From contig DAIRGA010000015.1 of the NCBI GenBank assembly GCA_036794825.1, forward strand, positions 38,590 to 102,589: a stretch of DNA of 64,000 nucleotides. Direction: 5' to 3'. The notes under the pieces are model-generated. The model was not told the DNA's origin. It worked only from the letters and a program-made list of their open reading frames with translations, and made no database searches. This stretch comes from Bacteroidales bacterium (GTDB lineage: Bacteria > Bacteroidota > Bacteroidia > Bacteroidales > 4484-276). A program made the position numbers and the translations under genes. Shown in pieces: positions 54,607 to 63,739 of the stretch. Every line of letters begins with the position of its first letter. Positions within the stretch are counted from its first letter, which is position 1.

Positions 54607-57600
54607 ATGAAAACAATTGTTGCTTTTCTGGCATTTTTGCTGTGCGGATTTGTGTTGTATCCACAAACAGATTCCGAAAAGCCTTCAAAAAATGTGGTTT
54701 TAGGAGAACTCCAATCTAAAAACGCCTCTCAACCGGTGGACAGCGTTCGGCAAGCAGCAAATCAACAGTACCTGATGGGAGGAGCCGATACGGATCAACG
54801 CATCCAAACGCAGTTCGTACCGTTAAACCAGGGCTGGACGGGAATTTCCTCCAGCCTCAACCCCGACAATCCGGCTGTGGCACAAATGATGGCTGCTATT
54901 GAGCAGCAACTTATCATCCTGATGGATTTTAAAGGCAACATTTACCAGCCATCCATCGAAAACACACTTGTAAACTGGGATTTTCGGCAGGGCTATTTTA
55001 TCAAAATGGCATCGGCTGAAACACTTGAAATTATAGGTCTGGAGCCTTTAACAAAACAAATTGATCTGCAAACGGGCTGGAATTTGATACCTGTTTTGAG
55101 CGAAGTTGAAGTGGATATTGAAGATTACTTTTTTGATAATAATGATAAAATTGAAATAGTTACCGAAGCGGCCGGAGTAAAAGTTTTTTGGCCTGATAAA
55201 GCAATCGCCACCCTGACTCAGCTCATTCCGGGAAAAGCCTACCTGGTTAAAGTTAAAGAGCCGTTTTCGTTGTTCGAATTACCCACGATTACCACAACCC
55301 CAATTTCAGAGATAACCGCCACATCGGCCATTTCCGGAGGAAGTGTAGATGAAATTGGCAGCTCGCCTATTACTGCACGTGGCATAGTCTGGAACACCGA
55401 TGGAAACGCAACCATTGATTTTAATCAGGGAATAACTTCAGATGGCCAGGGAACCGGAGAGTATGTAAGTATCCTTACCGGTCTTTCTCCCTCGACATTC
55501 TATTATGTAAGGTCTTATGCCACCAATCATGTGGGGACTGCTTATGGTGAAGAACTGGTTTTTGTTACCCTTCAGGATTTGTTCACATGTGGTGAAGTGT
55601 TTACCGACAGCCGCGACGGGCAACAATATCCAACGGTACACATCGGCAACCAGTGCTGGATGGCAGCCAATCTTAATATAGGTGAAATGGTTAGCGGGAA
55701 TGTTGACCTGTTGGATAACGGAATTATCGAAAAACATTGCTACGACAACAGCCTTGCCAGATGCAGCGAATACGGCGGGCTTTATCAGTGGGATGAAGTG
55801 ATGGAATATACTACTGTTGAAGGAGTTCAAGGGATTTGTCCGGAAGGTTGGTATTTTCCAACTGATGCACAATGGACAATCCTTGAAAACTTCGTTGGAG
55901 GATACCTGGTGGCTGGTGGAAAACTTAAAGAGGCAGGAACGGCGCATTGGCTTTCACCAAATGTTGGCGCTACCAACAGCAGCGGATTTACTGCTTTGGG
56001 AGGCGGATTTCTGAGCTTCAACAGGATTTTCTTTAATTTAAAAAGCACGGGTGTTTTCTGGACTTCTACAGCGCCACCTAATGAATACCCGTGGCCAAGA
56101 ATTTTAAATCATAACCTCGAGGTTGTTTACCGGGTGAACTACTATCCTACAACCACCAGTTTCAGTGTAAGATGTGTCAGGGATGCACCTGCCCAGGTGA
56201 ATATCCCAACTGTAATTACTACTCCTGTTACTGCTATTACCAGCAACTCAGCAGCTTCAGGTGGCACTGTAACGGAAGATGGTGGCGCGTTGGTTACTTC
56301 CCGCGGTATCGTATGGAGCTCGCTACAAACCCCAACGGTGGAAGTTTTTGATGGAATAACTTACGATGGGAACGGCGCCGGCGAATTTACAAGCGTTATG
56401 ACCAATCTGTTGACCGAAACTACCTATTTTATCCGGGCCTATGCCACCAACAGCGAAGGAACAGCGTATGGCGATGAGTTGAGTTTCACAACCCAGTCGT
56501 TATCTTTTGTTTGTGGAAATACTTTTACCGACAGCAGGGATGGAAATCAATATAGTACCGTGCAAATCGGCAATCAGTGTTGGTTCTCCGAAAACCTGGC
56601 TTACCTGCCGGCAGTTAGCCCACCTTCTGAAGGATCGTATGAAGATCCGCTCTATTATGTTTACGGATACAACAGCTATTCAACTTCCGAAGCCATCGCC
56701 ACACAAAATTATCAGACTTATGGAGCACTTTACAATTGGGTTGCATCTTCCACAGCATGTCCGCAGGGTTGGTATTTGCCCACCGACAATGACTGGAAAA
56801 TACTTGAAGGCTTTGTGGACAGCCAATATGGTATCGGAAACCCGGTTTGGGATTTTGCCAGCTGGCGTGGCTTTGATGTGGGCAAAAACCTGAAAACCAT
56901 CGATGGATGGTACATAAATTCCGGAACTGATCTCAGAGGATTTTCTGCTTTGCCCGGCGGTTACCGCGACCTTGATGGAAACTTTACCAGTTTGAGCATT
57001 GGTGGTGTCTGGTGGTCGTCATCACCAAACTCTGCAACAACTTCCTGGAGCCGGTTTCTGCATGGCTACTACGACGAATCCTACCGCAACAATGACAATA
57101 CGGACTATGGTTTCAGTGTTCGTTGTTTAAAGAATGAATCACAGGTAAATCTACCGACTGTAATCACAACCGATGTAGTCAACATCACCGGAAACTCAGC
57201 CCGATGCGGAGGTGTAGTTACCAGCGATGGTGGCGCTGCCGTATCTTCACGGGGTGTGGTTTGGAATACTACAGGCTATCCCACAGTTGATGACAATGAT
57301 GGGATCAGTTTTAATGGTGATGGTACTGGCAGTTTTACAAGCTATCTCACTTATCTTTTTCCCGAAACGCAATACTATGTAAGGGCATACGCTACCAATA
57401 GCTTAGGAACTTCATACGGAGGTCAGCATTTCTTCGAAACAACTTACGATTTCGACGACTGGAACCTTCATGAAGTCACACTTTACAATACCGCTGAAGC
57501 TGAAATTATCCACCGCACCGGTGATATTGATAACCTGGGCTTTGGCTGGCCAATGGGTTTCAATCCATTCTCGGGAGAAGAAACTCCTGTTCACAGCTTT

Positions 57601-58710
57601 CCATTTTATCCCGACCTCGCTGATCCTGAAGGAACAGACCGTATTATGGTAATCTCAGGATATAATTATAACAATGGAGGTTCGGTAGATGGATATACAG
57701 TTACCACCCAGCGACCTGATAATTTGCCCCAGACCATAAGTTTACAATTCGACACACAATCGGTTACTGTTCAATCTGTTGTAATTCAAATGTTTGTTGA
57801 CGACTTCCAGCGCGGTGTGTTCGGAAACAATTATTTCCAGGTATCCATCAATGATGTTCGCATCCCAATTCTGGAATCTATTATTAATTCATTGGATCAA
57901 ACAGGACCCATTGGCAAGCTGATTACAGTGCAGATTCCTGAATCATTTATTAATTTATTCGTGGATGGTGAAGTAAATCTATTTGTTGATGATCCCGTAA
58001 ATAACGTTGGAGATGGGTTTGCAATTGATTTTGTCCGACTGCTTATAAACCCGGGAAGCTATCAAAATACAGGTACAATCTACGGCACTATTACTGATCC
58101 AAATGGTTACCCTGTTGAAGGGGCCACAGTAACTGCCTCTGGCGTAGTCACCGCTCTCACTGATGAATTCGGCTATTATGAACTGCTGAATGTTCCGGCC
58201 GGCCTCGTGTATTTGAGCGCATCAAAAAGTGGCTATTACCCTGAATCTATTTTGGTTGATTTGGTAAATGATACTGAAGTAGTCCAGAATTTCATCCTTC
58301 AACCCGCACCCATTCTTTGCGAAGGGCTTGATAATTGCGATCTTAGCTTTTCAACAGGTGGGGATGCTCCATGGTTTTCACAAAGCATTATATCTTTCGA
58401 TAGTGAAGATGCAGTCCAAACCGGAGAAATTGAAGATAATGGGCAAACCTGGCTCGAAACCATCGTGGAAGGACCCGGTACTCTTTCTTTCTATTGTAAA
58501 GTTTCGTCAGAATATTTCTACGATTATCTGAATTTGTATGTCGGGGGAGAGCTTGTGTTTCGGCTGTCTGGTGAAACTTTGTGGAATTATGAAGAATTTG
58601 AAATTCCTGAGGGTTTTCATGCAGTGACATGGATTTATGAAAAGAATGGTTCAGTTTCCTCGGGCCAGGATGCGGGTTGGTTGGATCAGGTGCAGTTTAA
58701 CGCAAAATAG
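54607..58710 (+). CDS. Large secreted protein: Ig/FN3-like modules alternating with FISUMP (Fibrobacter succinogenes major paralogous) domains, a carboxypeptidase-regulatory-like domain and a C-terminal CUB-like beta-sandwich
   Basis: Has a signal peptide. Two full copies of CG..FTDSRDG.QY.TV.IGNQCW...GALY.W...CP.GW.LPT...W..LE...FSVRC match the FISUMP pattern. An Ig-like module (TTP..ITSNSA.SGG...YYVR.YATN..GT.YG) precedes each copy and occurs a third time alone. No T9SS CTD was recognised. Confidence 0.8.
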   Translation: MKTIVAFLAFLLCGFVLYPQTDSEKPSKNVVLGELQSKNASQPVDSVRQAANQQYLMGGADTDQRIQTQFVPLNQGWTGISSSLNPDNPAVAQMMAAIEQQLIILMDFKGNIYQPSIENTLVNWDFRQGYFIKMASAETLEIIGLEPLTKQIDLQTGWNLIPVLSEVEVDIEDYFFDNNDKIEIVTEAAGVKVFWPDKAIATLTQLIPGKAYLVKVKEPFSLFELPTITTTPISEITATSAISGGSVDEIGSSPITARGIVWNTDGNATIDFNQGITSDGQGTGEYVSILTGLSPSTFYYVRSYATNHVGTAYGEELVFVTLQDLFTCGEVFTDSRDGQQYPTVHIGNQCWMAANLNIGEMVSGNVDLLDNGIIEKHCYDNSLARCSEYGGLYQWDEVMEYTTVEGVQGICPEGWYFPTDAQWTILENFVGGYLVAGGKLKEAGTAHWLSPNVGATNSSGFTALGGGFLSFNRIFFNLKSTGVFWTSTAPPNEYPWPRILNHNLEVVYRVNYYPTTTSFSVRCVRDAPAQVNIPTVITTPVTAITSNSAASGGTVTEDGGALVTSRGIVWSSLQTPTVEVFDGITYDGNGAGEFTSVMTNLLTETTYFIRAYATNSEGTAYGDELSFTTQSLSFVCGNTFTDSRDGNQYSTVQIGNQCWFSENLAYLPAVSPPSEGSYEDPLYYVYGYNSYSTSEAIATQNYQTYGALYNWVASSTACPQGWYLPTDNDWKILEGFVDSQYGIGNPVWDFASWRGFDVGKNLKTIDGWYINSGTDLRGFSALPGGYRDLDGNFTSLSIGGVWWSSSPNSATTSWSRFLHGYYDESYRNNDNTDYGFSVRCLKNESQVNLPTVITTDVVNITGNSARCGGVVTSDGGAAVSSRGVVWNTTGYPTVDDNDGISFNGDGTGSFTSYLTYLFPETQYYVRAYATNSLGTSYGGQHFFETTYDFDDWNLHEVTLYNTAEAEIIHRTGDIDNLGFGWPMGFNPFSGEETPVHSFPFYPDLADPEGTDRIMVISGYNYNNGGSVDGYTVTTQRPDNLPQTISLQFDTQSVTVQSVVIQMFVDDFQRGVFGNNYFQVSINDVRIPILESIINSLDQTGPIGKLITVQIPESFINLFVDGEVNLFVDDPVNNVGDGFAIDFVRLLINPGSYQNTGTIYGTITDPNGYPVEGATVTASGVVTALTDEFGYYELLNVPAGLVYLSASKSGYYPESILVDLVNDTEVVQNFILQPAPILCEGLDNCDLSFSTGGDAPWFSQSIISFDSEDAVQTGEIEDNGQTWLETIVEGPGTLSFYCKVSSEYFYDYLNLYVGGELVFRLSGETLWNYEEFEIPEGFHAVTWIYEKNGSVSSGQDAGWLDQVQFNAK
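55279..57445 (+). repeat. Intragenic tandem repeats: (Ig-like + FISUMP) x2 plus a third Ig-like module
   Basis: The protein-level repeat units start at about 55279, 56200 and 57148 (LPTITTTPISEITATSAISGG / IPTVITTPVTAITSNSAASGG / LPTVITTDVVNITGNSARCGG). Confidence 0.8.
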
Positions 58711-58895
58711 ATTCTGTCTTTTTTCGGTCTTTACCCCAAAGCAAGAGTAATAATGGCCGGTTCAATTCAAATGAGTTATTCAGGTTTGAATCCTGGCTAA
58801 CGATTGCGTAATACTTTTTCACACTCATTATCAACCACTTTTATTTAGAAGAAGTTTAAATTACCTGATAATGAAATACATGTGATTACAATTCA

Positions 58896-58903
58896 TACTT
58901 TTG
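58896..58903 (+). promoter_or_regulatory. Candidate -7 box TACTTTTG for ccoS-ccoNOQP
   Basis: Fits TAnnTTTG. It lies 36 nt upstream of ATG 58939 and inside the GTG-extended track ORF. Confidence 0.45.
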
Positions 58904-58938
58904 CTCTGTTTTTAACCATTCAATACTTTTTTGGTGAA

Positions 58939-59139
58939 ATGTCGGCAATCATCTTTTTAATCATACTGGGGATTGTGGTGGCTGGAGGATTTCTGGCTGC
59001 TTTCGTCTGGGCTGTGAGAAGCGGGCAGTACGATGATGATTATTCCCCGTCGGTGAGGATGCTTTTCGACAAGAAGGTTAAAAACAGCGAGGCTGATCAA
59101 CAGCCTGTAAAACAAGAGGATAATATCGAAAATAAATAA
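58939..59139 (+). CDS. ccoS: cbb3 oxidase maturation protein CcoS
   Basis: MSAIIFLIILGIVVAGGFLAAFVWAVRSGQYDDDYSPSVRMLFD is the typical CcoS signature. 66 aa. Confidence 0.85.
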   Translation: MSAIIFLIILGIVVAGGFLAAFVWAVRSGQYDDDYSPSVRMLFDKKVKNSEADQQPVKQEDNIENK

Positions 59140-59146
59140 TACGATT

Positions 59147-61294
59147 ATGGAGATACAGAAATTTACTTACGACAACAGGTTGGCGCGGATGTTTATGAAT
59201 GCCACAATACTCTGGGGAATAGTGGGGATGCTGGTAGGCTTGATCATTGCTTTTGAGCTCTTTTTGCCTAACCTTAGCATGAATATTCCGTGGCTATCTT
59301 TCGGGAGGCTGCGGCCGCTGCACACCAACGCCGTGATTTTTGCTTTTGTGGGTAATGGAATGTTCACAGGGATTTATTATTCAACTCCCCGTTTGTTGAA
59401 AACTCCGATGTTCAGCGAGTTGCTCGGCAGGATTCATTTCTGGGGATGGCAGCTTATTATCGTTGCCGCCGCAATCACACTACCGCTGGGTTACACCGTA
59501 GGAAAAGAATATGCCGAACTGGAATGGCCGATTGACATTGCTATTGCGCTGATTTGGGTGGTCTTTGGTATCAACCTGATAATGACCACAGTAAAAAGAA
59601 GGGTAAAACACATCTACGTGGCCATCTGGTTTTACATTGCAACTTTTGTAACCGTTGCCGTGCTGCACATTGTCAACTCTATCAACGTTCCGGTTTCTTT
59701 ACTGAAAAGTTACCCGATTTATGCAGGGGTTCAGGATGCGCTGGTTCAGTGGTGGTATGGCCATAATGCGGTGGCGTTTTTCCTCACCACACCTTACCTC
59801 GGGCTGATGTACTATTTCGTGCCAAAAGCAGCCAACAGGCCAATCTATTCCTATAAACTATCCATTATCCACTTCTGGGCGCTGATATTTCTATATATCT
59901 GGGCTGGTCCGCACCATTTACTCTACTCAGCGTTGCCCGACTGGGCGCAGGCTCTGGGTGTCGTTTTTTCGGTAATGCTTATTGCGCCTTCATGGGGAGG
60001 AATGATTAACGGATTACTCACCCTGAGAGGTGCATGGGACAAGGTGCGCGAAAGTCCGGTTTTGAAAATGTTTGTCGTTGGCATTACAGCTTACGGTATG
60101 TCAACCTTCGAGGGCCCAATGCTGTCGCTGAAAACGGTAAACGCACTTACTCATTTTACCGATTGGACAATTGCCCACGTACACATTGGCGCCCTGGGCT
60201 GGAATGGTATGCTAACCTTCGGAATGCTTTACTGGTTAATGCCCAAGCTCTTCAATACAAAGTTGTTCAGTGTAAAACTCGCCAACGCACACTTCTGGCT
60301 GGCTACAACCGGAATGCTCTTTTTTGCCATTCCGCTCTATTTTGCCGGCGTTACACAAAGTCTGATGTGGAAGCAATTTACCGCTGAAGGTTACCTGCAG
60401 TATCCCAACTTTATCGAAACCGTGGTTCAGATCCTACCGATGTATCATTTACGGGCTTTTGGTGGAATACTTTACATAACCGGTGTTATCCTGATGATTT
60501 ACAACCTTATAAAAACTGCCCGTGCCGGTCAGTTCAATGCCGTTGACCACGACGAAGCTCCTGCTCTTGCAGCCGCCCACCACGGAAAAGATAAAGGCCA
60601 TCGGATTATTGAAGCCAAACCGGTAGTTTTCACCATTTTGGCTACAGTGGCAATCCTGATTGGCGGGATTGTGGAATTTGTCCCGATGTTTATGATAAAA
60701 ACCAATGTTCCCACTATTGCCAGCGTTCAGCCCTACACTCCTCTTGAATTACATGGTAGAGACCTGTATCTCAGGGAAGGTTGTTACAATTGCCATAGCC
60801 AGTTGATACGGCCTTTCAGATCGGAAGTTGAGCGCTACGGCGAATACAGCAAAGCCGGGGAGACTGTTTACGATCATCCTTTCCAGTTCGGTTCGAAGCG
60901 AACCGGTCCCGATCTGGCCAGAGAAGGAGTTCTGGGTGGACCTATCTATAAACCCGATTCCTGGCATTACAATCACATGGTTGACCCTCAAAAGCTTGTC
61001 GCCCAGTCTATTATGCCCGGTTATCCCTGGCTTGCAACCCGCAAACTTAATATCAGTAATACACCGCGCAAAATCGAAGTGATGCAGTTCTTCGGAATAC
61101 CTTACCCTGAAGGTTATCCTCAGAAAGCCAATGAAGACCTGATGAAACAGGCAGGGCAGATTGCAGGCGGCCTGCGCAGCAGCGGGATAGAAGTGGAAGA
61201 CGACAGGGAGATCATAGCGCTGATCGCTTACCTGCAAAGGCTCGGAACCGACATCAAAAAGCCTGCACCCACCGAAAAACAAACCATCAGATAG
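59147..61294 (+). CDS. ccoN: cbb3-type cytochrome c oxidase, fused subunits I and II (CcoN-CcoO)
   Basis: The N-terminal haem-copper oxidase core has 12 or more TM segments (FGRLRPLHTNAVIFAFVGN, HFWALIFLYIWAGPHHL, TIAHVHIGALGWNG). The C-terminal CcoO part carries haem-c motif CYNCHSQLIRPF. Confidence 0.93.
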   Translation: MEIQKFTYDNRLARMFMNATILWGIVGMLVGLIIAFELFLPNLSMNIPWLSFGRLRPLHTNAVIFAFVGNGMFTGIYYSTPRLLKTPMFSELLGRIHFWGWQLIIVAAAITLPLGYTVGKEYAELEWPIDIAIALIWVVFGINLIMTTVKRRVKHIYVAIWFYIATFVTVAVLHIVNSINVPVSLLKSYPIYAGVQDALVQWWYGHNAVAFFLTTPYLGLMYYFVPKAANRPIYSYKLSIIHFWALIFLYIWAGPHHLLYSALPDWAQALGVVFSVMLIAPSWGGMINGLLTLRGAWDKVRESPVLKMFVVGITAYGMSTFEGPMLSLKTVNALTHFTDWTIAHVHIGALGWNGMLTFGMLYWLMPKLFNTKLFSVKLANAHFWLATTGMLFFAIPLYFAGVTQSLMWKQFTAEGYLQYPNFIETVVQILPMYHLRAFGGILYITGVILMIYNLIKTARAGQFNAVDHDEAPALAAAHHGKDKGHRIIEAKPVVFTILATVAILIGGIVEFVPMFMIKTNVPTIASVQPYTPLELHGRDLYLREGCYNCHSQLIRPFRSEVERYGEYSKAGETVYDHPFQFGSKRTGPDLAREGVLGGPIYKPDSWHYNHMVDPQKLVAQSIMPGYPWLATRKLNISNTPRKIEVMQFFGIPYPEGYPQKANEDLMKQAGQIAGGLRSSGIEVEDDREIIALIAYLQRLGTDIKKPAPTEKQTIR

Positions 61295-61309
61295 GTATTA
61301 GCCGGAATC

Positions 61310-61510
61310 ATGAAACTCGTCACCAACATACTCGAGAATATCGGCCAGGTTGAATGGTTTCCGATTGCAGGGTTAGTCATCTTTTTCCTGTTCTTCATGG
61401 CCATCCTTGTCAGGGTGTTAAGAATGAAAAAAGAGGTTGTGGAATCAATTAGCCGTCTCCCGTTAGAAGATGATGAAAATCAACAAATTGATGTAAATAT
61501 GTCCAGGTAA
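61310..61510 (+). CDS. ccoQ: CcoQ/FixQ-like small membrane subunit
   Basis: 66 aa with a single TM (WFPIAGLVIFFLFFMAILVRVL), located between ccoNO and ccoP. Confidence 0.65.
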   Translation: MKLVTNILENIGQVEWFPIAGLVIFFLFFMAILVRVLRMKKEVVESISRLPLEDDENQQIDVNMSR

Positions 61511-61533
61511 CCTAAACGAAAAAATTTAGCAAA

Positions 61534-62139
61534 ATGAATACAGAAAATATTACTCAGGATAAGAAGAATGAAGAATACGAAATAGACACCCTGACCAATG
61601 ACAGGCTGCTGAAAGATCACGAGTACGACGGAATCCGCGAACTCGACAACGACCTGCCTTCGTGGTGGATTTGGCTGTTTGTGATCACTATCGTATTTTC
61701 GATTGTATATCTCGAAAGGCTCTGGATTTTCAAAGCTACCGACCTGATCCAGGACAAGGAATACGCCAGGGAAGTAGCAATTGTGCAGGCGGAAAGAGAT
61801 GCAGCTGCTGCCTCCAATTTCGAGTTGGTACTTCTTACTGATCCAGCCTCAATGACCTCAGGCAAAGAAACCTGGGTTAAGATTTGCTCTGTTTGCCATC
61901 TGGTTGATGGTGGAGGACTTGTTGGGCCGAATATGACCGATAATTACTGGATCCATGGGAATACGGTAGAGGATATGTTTAACCTGGTTACTGAGGGCGT
62001 GATCGAAAAAGGTATGATTCCATACCGTGACCAGCTATCGCCCCGTCAGCGACTCGAAGTGGTCAGTTTTATCCTGAACGACCTTGTGGGCTCAACTCCG
62101 GCTAACCCAAAGGACCCGGAGGGAGAACTTTATCAATAG
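61534..62139 (+). CDS. ccoP: cbb3 oxidase subunit III (CcoP), apparently monohaem
   Basis: FixP N-terminal motif HEYDGIRELDNDLPSWW, one TM, and a single CxxCH (CSVCH). Confidence 0.8.
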   Translation: MNTENITQDKKNEEYEIDTLTNDRLLKDHEYDGIRELDNDLPSWWIWLFVITIVFSIVYLERLWIFKATDLIQDKEYAREVAIVQAERDAAAASNFELVLLTDPASMTSGKETWVKICSVCHLVDGGGLVGPNMTDNYWIHGNTVEDMFNLVTEGVIEKGMIPYRDQLSPRQRLEVVSFILNDLVGSTPANPKDPEGELYQ

Positions 62140-62272
62140 CCTGCATTGATCAGAAGCTGAAGTTACCTCAGATGGTAAAATTTTCTACTTCGATTTGAAG
62201 TCCATGAATGTTTTCTCACTCTAAATCAATCTACTGCCTGCCCTTCCGACAGGTTCTTACACAGAACTGAAA

Positions 62273-63709
62273 ATGGCTGATAATGAAATTATTACCGAAT
62301 CTCCGGAAAAGGAAAAAGTCTACTTCCGTGATCGTATTTCAACAATGACCGATGAGGGTAAGCGCCGATGGCTTTACCCTAAAAGACCAAAAGGAAAACT
62401 TACAAACCTTCGCTGGGCAGTTGCATCGGTTTTATTGGGCTTCCTTTTTATAACTCCCTGGATCAGTTATAGAGGTGAGCCTTTCATGCTTTTCAACATT
62501 CTCGAAAGGAAGTTTATCATTTTCGGGCAAATATTCTGGCCACAGGATTTTCATCTTATCGTACTTTCGCTTATAACACTGGCGGTGTTTATTATCCTTT
62601 TCACCGTGATTTTCGGACGGCTCTTTTGTGGATGGGCATGTCCCCAGACAATCTTTATGGAGTTTGTTTTCAGGCAGATAGAATACCTGATCGAAGGAAA
62701 TTACAGTAAGCAGAAAAAATTGGCACGCCAATCCATGTCATTTGAAAAAATCTGGAAAAAGACACTCAAACACCTGATATTCTTCGGAATAGCATTTATA
62801 GTGGCCAATACCTTTCTGGCTTACATTATTGGCATGGAAAGACTAAGAGAAATGATTGCAGCCGGTCCGCAGGAAAATCTGGGAAGCTTTCTTGCACTCA
62901 CTTTTTTTTCCGCTGTATTTTACTTTGTCTTTGCCTTTTTCCGCGAACAGGTTTGTATCATCGTTTGTCCCTATGGACGGCTTCAGGGCGCCCTTCTGGA
63001 TTCCCGCTCGATTGTAGTGGCCTACGACTACAAACGCGGTGAGCCCAGAGGAAAATTCAACCCGCTCGAGGATCGCCCTGCCTCCGGAAAAGGCGATTGC
63101 ATTGATTGCCAGAGTTGTGTTACAGTTTGCCCTACGGGTATTGACATCCGAAACGGAACACAGCTCGAATGCATCAACTGCACTGCCTGTATAGACGCCT
63201 GCAACACTATCATGGAAAAGGTGAAACTCAAACCAGGGTTGATCCGCTACGACTCAGAAAAGGGAATTGCAGAAGGTAAACGAACCATCTTAAACGCACG
63301 GTCTATTGCTTACTCAGCAGCACTTGCTGTGATGCTGTTGGTGGTTGGAACTATGTTCACACTGCGCAGCCAGGTGGAGGTTACCATTATCCGAATGCCC
63401 GGAACGCTTTACCAGGAATACGGTCCGGAGAGTTACTCCAACATTTACAAAGTCCAGTTGGTCAATAAAACCAGGCAGGATATGCCGGTAACGATAAAGC
63501 TGCAATCTCCGGAAGGAGAAATCAAATTCCTGACAGGCGATATTTTCCTTTATTCTGAATCGCTTGTTGAAGCGAACTTTATGGTCATCCTGCCCAAAAA
63601 CACATTGCACGCCAGCAACGTACCGGTTGAGTTTGGGGTTTTTTCCGGCGATCAGTTGATAACATCCTATAAACTAAATTTTGTCGGACCAAATGCGCTT
63701 GACAAATAA
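62273..63709 (+). CDS. ccoG: Cytochrome c oxidase accessory protein CcoG (4Fe-4S ferredoxin-type)
   Basis: FCGWACPQT and two ferredoxin motifs (CIDCQSCVTVCP, CINCTACIDAC). About 5 TM segments. 478 aa. Confidence 0.88.
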   Translation: MADNEIITESPEKEKVYFRDRISTMTDEGKRRWLYPKRPKGKLTNLRWAVASVLLGFLFITPWISYRGEPFMLFNILERKFIIFGQIFWPQDFHLIVLSLITLAVFIILFTVIFGRLFCGWACPQTIFMEFVFRQIEYLIEGNYSKQKKLARQSMSFEKIWKKTLKHLIFFGIAFIVANTFLAYIIGMERLREMIAAGPQENLGSFLALTFFSAVFYFVFAFFREQVCIIVCPYGRLQGALLDSRSIVVAYDYKRGEPRGKFNPLEDRPASGKGDCIDCQSCVTVCPTGIDIRNGTQLECINCTACIDACNTIMEKVKLKPGLIRYDSEKGIAEGKRTILNARSIAYSAALAVMLLVVGTMFTLRSQVEVTIIRMPGTLYQEYGPESYSNIYKVQLVNKTRQDMPVTIKLQSPEGEIKFLTGDIFLYSESLVEANFMVILPKNTLHASNVPVEFGVFSGDQLITSYKLNFVGPNALDK

Positions 63710-63739
63710 TATATTGTAAACCAATTTAATATGTAATTT

